Shown one piece after another: positions 35,129 through 42,154 of a stretch of 64,000 nt of DNA. The translations under genes were made by a program, and so were the position numbers. The stretch covers positions 628 through 64,627 of the forward strand of contig CAZHLV010000085.1 in the NCBI GenBank assembly GCA_964533415.1, read 5' to 3'. The notes beneath the pieces were generated by a model. That model had not been told where the DNA came from. It ran no database searches and saw only the letters and a list, made by a program, of their open reading frames with translations. The stretch's first letter is position 1; the number at the start of each line of letters is the position of its first letter. This stretch comes from an uncultured Hyphomicrobiales bacterium. Lineage in GTDB: Bacteria > Pseudomonadota > Alphaproteobacteria > Rhizobiales > BM303.

Positions 35129-37009
35129 ATGAGTCTTCTTGATATCCTCCTTGTTCTCTCTTTGCTTCTGACCGGCGGGCTTCTCATCTGGGGCCGTTTG
35201 CCCGGAGCAGGCTGGTTTGCCACCGTGGTTTATGCGTTTATGCTGGGTCTTGTGGCCATGGTCGGCATGCAGCTGGATGGCGGGACCGCCGCGATTCCTT
35301 CAAACCTTGGGTTTAGCGTTCTTGGCCAGGACATGAGCTGGCGGCTTGACGGGCTTGGCTGGTTCTTTGCCCTGTTGAGCGTTGGCGCGGCGTTTTTTGC
35401 AAGCTGGTATGCGAGCGGCGAATGGGGGGCCAGGCAAAAGCGTATCGGCATGCAGCATGGTTTGCTGGCGCTTAATGTGCTGGCCATGTTGCTGCTGCTC
35501 TCCAGCGGCGATCTGCTGAGCCTGTTCATCGGCTGGGAACTGGTGAGCTGGGCGGCATTTGTCATGATGACGCAAGGCGGCGGCGTGGCAATTGCGGCGG
35601 CTTACCGCTACATGATCTACGCGCTGGCCGGGGCCATGGCGGTGTTCGCCGGGATCATGCTGGTGCATAATGTGACCGGCGGATTTGGTTTTGCCGATCT
35701 GCATGCCGCCATCCCGGCCATGTCGGCGGGGCGGCTCTGGGTGCTGTTTGGCCTGTTTGCCGCCGGGTTCGGCGTCAAGATGGCGCTGATGCCGTTTCAC
35801 CTGTGGCAGGCTCCGGCCTATTCGGAAACCCCCGGCGCGTCTTCGGCCTTCTTGAACGCGGTTTCGGCGCGCATGGGGCTGTTTGCGCTTATCCTGGTGC
35901 TGGTCAAGCTGATCGGTCTGGGGGCGCTTGGCTCTCTTGCCATCCCCTTCACCTTCATGAGCGCCAAGAGCCTGTTGATGTGGGTGGCGGCAATCACCAT
36001 GGTGGTGCCGACCTTTATCGCGCTGATGCAGACCGATGCGCGGATGCTGCTCACCTGGCACGGTATCGGGCAAGGCGGCTACATGCTGCTGGGCGTTCTG
36101 GTGGGCACCTCGCTGGGCACGGCGGGCGGATTGCTGCATATCTTCAATTACGCCACCTATCAGGCGGCGCTGTTCCTGGCGGTAACGGCGGTTATCCACC
36201 GCGCCGGAACCTCGGATCTCGATGAGCTTGGCGGGCTGATTACCCGTATGCCATGGACCTATGTCACCTTGTTGATGGGCATTATCGGCCTAGCCGGTCT
36301 GCCGCCGATGAACGGGTTTGTCTCCAAGTGGATGATCTACAAGTCCCTGCTTGATGGCGGTCAGCCCCTGCTTTTGATTATGGCTTTTGCCGGCACGCTG
36401 GGAACGATCCTGAGCGTTTACAAGCTCATTCACAATATCTTCCTCGGGCAACTCAGGCGCGAGCATCAAGACCTCAAGGAAGCCCCGGTTTCCATGGTTC
36501 TGCCGATGCTGATTCTGGCGGGGATCGGTTTTGTCACCGGTTTCATGCCCGGCCTGGCGCTCGATATCACCGATATTGCCCAAAGGGCGATTGGCGGGGA
36601 CAGGCTTGCCCATCATCTGGGCGGCGTGGTTCTGGCCACGGGATCGCTCAACATGCTCTGGGTGGTCGGGGTACTGATCGGGGCGATTGGCGTTGGCGCG
36701 TTGATCTTCTACCTGCTCGGCAACCGGCGCCGGGAAGTGCACCAGTATGACAATTATGCCGGTGGGCATTTCCTCTCGGCCGATATCCGTTACCATTTCA
36801 GCCACGAGTTTTATCCCGGTCTGGCGCGGGTGATCGGCCCGTGGTATCGCGGCTCAATCGTGCGGGCCGAGCAGGGGATCGGCATATTTGTGAATGTGGC
36901 GGGCGATCTGTGGCAGGCGGTGTTCAAGGTTGCCTATACGCCGCTTTACATGCTGCTTGCCGTTGTGCTTGGCCTCATTCTTACCGGAACCGGGGGGATT
37001 GCCCTATGA
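35129..37009 (+). CDS. Second MrpD/MrpA/NuoL-like antiporter subunit with C-terminal extension (MbxH'-position)
   Basis: Part of ORF 35018..37009, with the start at MSLLDILLVL (ATG at 35129). The core contains LFIGWELVSWAAFVMM and KMALMPFHLWQAPAY. A tail of about 110 aa ends in one further TM segment. Confidence 0.8.
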   Translation: MSLLDILLVLSLLLTGGLLIWGRLPGAGWFATVVYAFMLGLVAMVGMQLDGGTAAIPSNLGFSVLGQDMSWRLDGLGWFFALLSVGAAFFASWYASGEWGARQKRIGMQHGLLALNVLAMLLLLSSGDLLSLFIGWELVSWAAFVMMTQGGGVAIAAAYRYMIYALAGAMAVFAGIMLVHNVTGGFGFADLHAAIPAMSAGRLWVLFGLFAAGFGVKMALMPFHLWQAPAYSETPGASSAFLNAVSARMGLFALILVLVKLIGLGALGSLAIPFTFMSAKSLLMWVAAITMVVPTFIALMQTDARMLLTWHGIGQGGYMLLGVLVGTSLGTAGGLLHIFNYATYQAALFLAVTAVIHRAGTSDLDELGGLITRMPWTYVTLLMGIIGLAGLPPMNGFVSKWMIYKSLLDGGQPLLLIMAFAGTLGTILSVYKLIHNIFLGQLRREHQDLKEAPVSMVLPMLILAGIGFVTGFMPGLALDITDIAQRAIGGDRLAHHLGGVVLATGSLNMLWVVGVLIGAIGVGALIFYLLGNRRREVHQYDNYAGGHFLSADIRYHFSHEFYPGLARVIGPWYRGSIVRAEQGIGIFVNVAGDLWQAVFKVAYTPLYMLLAVVLGLILTGTGGIAL

Positions 37010-37902
37010 TGACCTATGTGGCCGATTTCATCTTCATGCCGCTGATTGCCTTTGTCACCGGTCTGGGTCTCGTGCTGATGGCGCGCCGGGTGCGGGCCAA
37101 GATCGAGCGCCGGGTTGGCCCGCCGGTGTTGCAGCCGGTCTACGATATCGTCAAGCTTTATGCCAAGAAGACGCAAATCTCGCACGGGATCATGCATGAT
37201 CTGTCCATCATGATGCTGCTGGGCGGTTTTTTCACGGCGGAGATTTTCCTGCCCGTGCCGGGCTTTGACGGGCTTGCCGGGGAAGGCGATCTGATTACGC
37301 TGATTTATATCATGATGGTGCCGATGCTTGGCCTTGCGCTCGGGGTTGGCTCCTGCGCCAATCCGAACGGGTCTATCGGCATCTCCCGCGCGCTTACCGC
37401 GATGCTGGCCTATGATATCCCGTTTATTATCGCGGTCACCGGCGCCTGCATGGCTTATGGCACCACCAATCTGATCGAGATCGTGCAGATCCAGCAGGCG
37501 GGCGGACCGGCAAGCTGGGGTGCGGCGACCATGCCGCTTCTGGCCTTTGGAGGGTTGCTGGCGGTGCACGGCATGATGGGCAAGGAGCCGTTTGAGATTT
37601 ACATCGCGCCAGCCGAGATCGCCACCGGCCCGATGGTCGAGATGAGCGGCAAATATATGGGCGCGCTGTTCATCATGCAGTGTTTCCAGCTTTACACCAT
37701 CGGTGTCATTTACACGACCTTGTTCCTGGGCGGCGGTGAGAACTGGCCGTTCTTCCTCGCCAAGGTGTTTGGCGTGGTGTTCATCTCGGTGGCGGTGACC
37801 AATGTCTATGGCCGCTTCAAGACCGATACGGTGATCCGCTGGATGTGGAAATGGCCGACCGGGATCGCCCTTGCGGGTCTGGCGCTGGTGATGGCGAATT
37901 AG
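37006..37902 (+). CDS. NuoH/HycD/MbhM-like membrane subunit (MbxM-position)
   Basis: Part of ORF 36841..37902, with the start at MMTYVADF (ATG at 37006, ATGA overlap). RRVGPPVLQPVYDIVKLYAKK is typical of the NuoH family. Confidence 0.85.
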   Translation: MMTYVADFIFMPLIAFVTGLGLVLMARRVRAKIERRVGPPVLQPVYDIVKLYAKKTQISHGIMHDLSIMMLLGGFFTAEIFLPVPGFDGLAGEGDLITLIYIMMVPMLGLALGVGSCANPNGSIGISRALTAMLAYDIPFIIAVTGACMAYGTTNLIEIVQIQQAGGPASWGAATMPLLAFGGLLAVHGMMGKEPFEIYIAPAEIATGPMVEMSGKYMGALFIMQCFQLYTIGVIYTTLFLGGGENWPFFLAKVFGVVFISVAVTNVYGRFKTDTVIRWMWKWPTGIALAGLALVMAN

Positions 37903-37916
37903 GAAGGATAACAACA

Positions 37917-38663
37917 ATGAGTGACAAGCTTCCCGTCGTAGAAGATCAGCCCGAGGTCTGCCGCACTGTGGATGCCAGGGAGCGTTCATTGTGGACCAGG
38001 GTGATGGACCGGTTCGCCGATCACTGCCGCGCCCGCTCGCTTTTCGTGCTGCATTACTGCACCGGCTGCGGGGCGATCGAGCTGCCTCCCACCATAACCT
38101 CGCGCTTTGACATGGAGCGGGTCGGCATCTCGCCCATGGTGACGCCGCGCCAGGCGGATATCCTGCTGATTACCGGGTATCTTTCGGTCAAGACCTTGAA
38201 GCGGGTGATCTTGTCTTATGAGCAGATGCAGTCACCCAAATATGTGATCGGTTTTGGCTCCTGCACCATTAATGGCGGTATGTACTGGAACTCTTACGCC
38301 ACGGTGAAACGGCTGGACCAGTATATCCCGGCGGATCTGTTCATCGCCGGCTGCATGCCGCGGCCAGAAGCGGTGCAGCAGGTGCTGCTCAAGCTGATGG
38401 AGGATATTGATGCGGGCCGCGCCAGGGGCTGGCAGGATTATTACAAGAACTATGATCGTTATCTTGGCAACCAGCAGGCGCTGTTTGGGCCAAGCTGGCA
38501 CACGCCCACCGATGTGATCGCCGAGGCAAAGCATTATGGCTATCTGGCCGAAGGCACCACCGGGATTCATACGGACCTGCTGCTGGAGCGCAAGGAATAT
38601 GCCCTTGACCGTGTGCCGGAGGACTATCCCGAGCGCGGAGAAAACGAGAGGTTTTTGCCATGA
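37917..38663 (+). CDS. NuoB/[NiFe]-hydrogenase group-4 small-subunit-like Fe-S protein (MbxJ-position)
   Basis: The start at 37917 follows GGAAGGA. All four cluster cysteines are present: YCTGCGAIE, GSCTINGG and AGCMPRPE. There is a C-terminal extension of roughly 90 aa. Confidence 0.85.
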   Translation: MSDKLPVVEDQPEVCRTVDARERSLWTRVMDRFADHCRARSLFVLHYCTGCGAIELPPTITSRFDMERVGISPMVTPRQADILLITGYLSVKTLKRVILSYEQMQSPKYVIGFGSCTINGGMYWNSYATVKRLDQYIPADLFIAGCMPRPEAVQQVLLKLMEDIDAGRARGWQDYYKNYDRYLGNQQALFGPSWHTPTDVIAEAKHYGYLAEGTTGIHTDLLLERKEYALDRVPEDYPERGENERFLP

Positions 38664-39184
38664 GCATTCCTGCAAAACTTGAGGATGTCCTGCATGAAAT
38701 GCCGGGAATCAAGGTGCGGACAACAAATGACCGGCGGGTGCGGGTTGATCTTTCCCCCGATACCCTGCCCGCCTTGCTGGAGATTTTGAAAGGGCGGCTG
38801 GGCTATTGCCATCTTTCGGCGATTTCCTGCGTGGACTGGATGGAGACGGACCAGTTCGAGCTGGTTTATCATGTCTGGTCGCACATGCTAAAAACCATGG
38901 TTTCGGCGCATATCTTCATCTCGCGCGATCCGGGGCAGTTTATCTCGGTTTACGACATTCATACCCCGGCAGGCTTTTTCGAGCGGGATATCCACGAGAT
39001 GTTCGGGGTGCATTTTGAAGGCGCGCCCAATCTTGGCAAGTTCATCCTGACGAGCTGGGGCGGACCGCCGCCGATGCTCAAGGACTTCAATACCCGCGAA
39101 TATGTCGAGAAGACCTTTGACTGGGTTCAGTACAGCCCGGACTGGCTGAAAGACATTGAGGCCAAGGGCGGGGGGATCGAATAA
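38660..39184 (+). CDS. NuoC/30-kDa-subunit-like protein (MbxK-position)
   Basis: 174 aa with the FERDIHEMFGVHFEGAPN hallmark. Confidence 0.85.
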   Translation: MSIPAKLEDVLHEMPGIKVRTTNDRRVRVDLSPDTLPALLEILKGRLGYCHLSAISCVDWMETDQFELVYHVWSHMLKTMVSAHIFISRDPGQFISVYDIHTPAGFFERDIHEMFGVHFEGAPNLGKFILTSWGGPPPMLKDFNTREYVEKTFDWVQYSPDWLKDIEAKGGGIE

Positions 39185-40326
39185 TGCGTCCTGAAAACTA
39201 CCGCCCCGTCAAGCATCCGCCAAGCCATGAATACGAGTTGTATTTTGGTCCCAACCATCCGGGGATCGAGGGTAATTATGCCATCCGGGTGCGCCTGAAG
39301 GGTGATGTCATTATCGAGGCGATCGCCGATGGCGGCTATCTGCACCGTGGTTTTGAAAAGATCATGGAAGACCGGCTGTGGATCCAGAATGTGGCGCTGG
39401 TGCCGCGCATTTGCGTGCCCGATCCGGTGCCGATGGAAGAGACCTATTCGCGCGCTGTCGAGATGATCGGCGGGCTTGAGGTTCCCGAACGCGCCCAGTG
39501 GATCCGGGTGATGCTGCTGGAGATGTCGCGCATTTGCGCCCATCTGTTCACCTTTGGCGGCAATGCCGCCACCATCGGGCTTTACACCAACATGTTCTGG
39601 GGCGTGACCATGCGCGATTATTTCCTCGATCTGTTCGAGGAAGTCACCGGGGCGCGGATCTATCACATGTTCATCACGCCCGGCGGGGTGCGGCGTGATT
39701 TGCCGGAAGGGTTTTTGGGGCGTTTGTCTGACCTGCTGGATGAGCTGGAGCGGCGCACGCCGGAGTTTGAGGATCTGTTCTTTGAAAGCGCGGTGGTGAT
39801 AAACCGGGCCAGTGGCACCGGGATCATCACCCAGGAACAGGCGCTTTCATGGGGGGTGACGGGCCCCAATCTGCGCGCCTGTGATCTTCCTATCGATCTG
39901 CGCCGGGATGATCCTTATCTGGTTTATCCCGAGCTTGAGTTTGATGTCATCACTCAAGAGAACGGTGATGCGCTGGCGCGCATGATGGTGCGGCGCGGCG
40001 AGGTGATCCAGTCGATCCGCATCCTGCGCCAGGTGATCGAGCGGCTGCCCCTTGTTGGCGGACCGGTCCGGGCGCCCCTGCCCAACCCGCTGGCCTGGAA
40101 TCTCCCCGTGGGCGAGGCTTATGCCCGTACCGAATCCTCAAAAGGCGAGACGGCCTTTTACGTGGTTTCCGATGGCGGCCCGCGGCCCTACCGGGTGCAT
40201 GTGCGCGGGGCCTCTTCCATGCATGCGGTGCAGGTGCTGGAAAAACTGCTGGTCGGGGCGCGAATCGAGGATATCGCCCAGATCATGTTCTCGCTGGATG
40301 CCTGCCCGCCGGAGGTTGATCGTTAA
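39184..40326 (+). CDS. NuoD/[NiFe]-hydrogenase large-subunit-like protein with degenerate Ni-Fe site (MbxL-position)
   Basis: 380 aa containing GYLHRGFEKIME. The N-terminal motif reads PRICVPD (C77, D80) and the C-terminal motif reads LDACPPEVDR-stop (C374, E377). Confidence 0.85.
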   Translation: MRPENYRPVKHPPSHEYELYFGPNHPGIEGNYAIRVRLKGDVIIEAIADGGYLHRGFEKIMEDRLWIQNVALVPRICVPDPVPMEETYSRAVEMIGGLEVPERAQWIRVMLLEMSRICAHLFTFGGNAATIGLYTNMFWGVTMRDYFLDLFEEVTGARIYHMFITPGGVRRDLPEGFLGRLSDLLDELERRTPEFEDLFFESAVVINRASGTGIITQEQALSWGVTGPNLRACDLPIDLRRDDPYLVYPELEFDVITQENGDALARMMVRRGEVIQSIRILRQVIERLPLVGGPVRAPLPNPLAWNLPVGEAYARTESSKGETAFYVVSDGGPRPYRVHVRGASSMHAVQVLEKLLVGARIEDIAQIMFSLDACPPEVDR

Positions 40327-40327
40327 A

Positions 40328-42154
40328 ATGAGTGATATCAGACCAAAATACAAAGGCTCGCTGCTGCGCCCCATGAAAGCGCTCTCGTTCCTGTTTCGTG
40401 AACCGGCGACCTTGCCCATGGAACCGCGTGAGGCTTCTGAAATCTATCGCGGGTTTCACCTGAATGATTGGGAAAAGTGCATAGGTTGCGGCACATGCGG
40501 CGAGATTTGCGATAATTTTGCCATCCGCATGGCGAAGATTCCCGGTCTGCCCAGCGATCCGGCCAGGGGGGTCAAACCGCGCCGTCCGGTGATTGATTAT
40601 GGCCGGTGTTGCTGGTGTGCGCTGTGCGTGGATATCTGCCCCACCGGCTCGCTCTCCATGTCGCGTGAATATATTCATGTGAGCCGCGATCTCGACAGCT
40701 ACCTGATCCTGCCTGACGAAGCGGGCATGCACGCAGAAAACTTCCAGAAAGGCTGGGCAAAATCAGAGCATTCCGATCTGCTGGATCTGACCCGCCGCGC
40801 CATGGGCGAACTTGAACCTGAGGCCCGGAGTGATAATTTTGATGAAGTCACGAAAGGCTTTGATGCGCAAACGGCGCTGCTGGAGGCCTCGCGCTGCATC
40901 CAGTGCGGCATGTGTCACGAGGCCTGTCCGGCCCATATGCATGCGCCCGAATATATCCGCGCCATCTGGGATGGGGACATGGAGCGGGCGGTGGAAGAGA
41001 TTTACCGCACCAATCCCTTCCCGCATGTGTGCGGGCGCATTTGCACCCATCGTTGCGAGAGCGCCTGTTCCATCGGGCGGCGCGGCGATCCGGTGGCGAT
41101 CCGCTGGCTCAAGCGTTTTGCCATGGATCAGGTGGAGCCGGAAAAGGTGCAGGAGATTGCGCTGAAAAACGGTATTGCCAGATCCACGGGGAAAAAGGTT
41201 GCGGTGATCGGGGCGGGGCCTGCCGGACTGACGGCAGCCTTTGATCTGGCCAGGCTGGGGCACAAGGTGCGTGTTTATGAAGCGCGCCCGGAGCCGGGCG
41301 GCATGATGCGCTATGGCATACCCGAATACCGCCTGCCCTATGACAAGCTTGATGCCGATATCGAGGTGATCCGCAAGGCCGGGGTTGAGATCAGGTGCAA
41401 TGTACGGCTTGGTGAAAATGAGGATTTGCAGAACTTGCGCAGCCGCAACGATGCGGTGCTGATTTCCACCGGGCTCAATCTGGGCCGCTCGACGCGTATT
41501 CCCGGTTCCGATCACCCGCAGGTAGCCTCGGCCGTTGACCTGCTGGCGCGCATTACGCTGGGCGAGAATATCAAGGCCCCCAAACGCATTGCAGTCATTG
41601 GCGGCGGTAATGTGGCGTTTGATATTGCCCGCTCCATGGCGCGCTTGCAGCGCCAGCAGCACGGCAAGGTCAACATGACGGTGCTGGCGCTGGAAGAGCG
41701 CGGCGCCATGCTGGCGGATGAGGCGGAGGTGATCGAATCCGCCGATGAAGGCATCGTGCTCATCAATGGGCGCGGTCCCAGGCAGGTCAGGATCGAAGAC
41801 GGGAAAATGATTGGCCTGGAGACGGTCAATTGCCTGTCAATCTTTGACGAGGAAGGGCGCTTTCATCCCAGATATGATGAAAGTGACCTGATCCTGCATG
41901 ATGTGGACATGGTGATCGAGGCCATCGGGCAGATGTCGGACACAAGCTGGCTTGGCGAGGAACTGACCGAAGCGCTGGAGTGGCAGCGCGGGCGTATCGC
42001 GGTTGATGATGACGGGCGCACCTCCGAGAGCTGGCTGTGGGCGGCAGGCGATCTGGTGCGCGGGCCCGATGTCATTCACGCGGTGGCAGCAGGACACAAG
42101 GCGGCAAGCAGCATCCACGGCGCGATTACCGGCAAGAAGGGAGCTTCACGATGA
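40328..42154 (+). CDS. Fusion protein: NuoI/MbhN-like 2x[4Fe-4S] domain plus GltD/NfnB/SudA-like FAD/NAD(P)H oxidoreductase domain
   Basis: Part of ORF 40052..42154, with the start at MSDIRPKY (ATG at 40328). The Fe-S motifs are CIGCGTCGEIC, CCWCALCVDICP, CIQCGMCHEACP and CGRICTHRCESAC. These are followed by VAVIGAGPAGLTAA, GGMMRYGIPEYRLP and IAVIGGGNVAFD. Confidence 0.85.
   Translation: MSDIRPKYKGSLLRPMKALSFLFREPATLPMEPREASEIYRGFHLNDWEKCIGCGTCGEICDNFAIRMAKIPGLPSDPARGVKPRRPVIDYGRCCWCALCVDICPTGSLSMSREYIHVSRDLDSYLILPDEAGMHAENFQKGWAKSEHSDLLDLTRRAMGELEPEARSDNFDEVTKGFDAQTALLEASRCIQCGMCHEACPAHMHAPEYIRAIWDGDMERAVEEIYRTNPFPHVCGRICTHRCESACSIGRRGDPVAIRWLKRFAMDQVEPEKVQEIALKNGIARSTGKKVAVIGAGPAGLTAAFDLARLGHKVRVYEARPEPGGMMRYGIPEYRLPYDKLDADIEVIRKAGVEIRCNVRLGENEDLQNLRSRNDAVLISTGLNLGRSTRIPGSDHPQVASAVDLLARITLGENIKAPKRIAVIGGGNVAFDIARSMARLQRQQHGKVNMTVLALEERGAMLADEAEVIESADEGIVLINGRGPRQVRIEDGKMIGLETVNCLSIFDEEGRFHPRYDESDLILHDVDMVIEAIGQMSDTSWLGEELTEALEWQRGRIAVDDDGRTSESWLWAAGDLVRGPDVIHAVAAGHKAASSIHGAITGKKGASR

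Noticed and set aside
39184-40326. Calling the NuoD-like gene, and hence the operon, a functional group-4 [NiFe] hydrogenase such as Mbh, Ech, Hyf or Coo.
   Set aside because: Two of the four Ni-Fe cysteine positions read Asp80 and Glu377. No hyp/hyc maturation or endopeptidase genes are nearby, and the protein ends exactly at …VDR with no cleavable extension.
31167-42154. Calling the cluster NADH:quinone oxidoreductase (nuo, complex I) or a plain Mrp Na+/H+ antiporter.
   Set aside because: NuoA/J and NuoE/F/G homologs are missing, and MrpE/F/G/B-type subunits are present. Against a plain Mrp antiporter, NuoB/C/D/H/I homologs are present. The order matches neither operon type.
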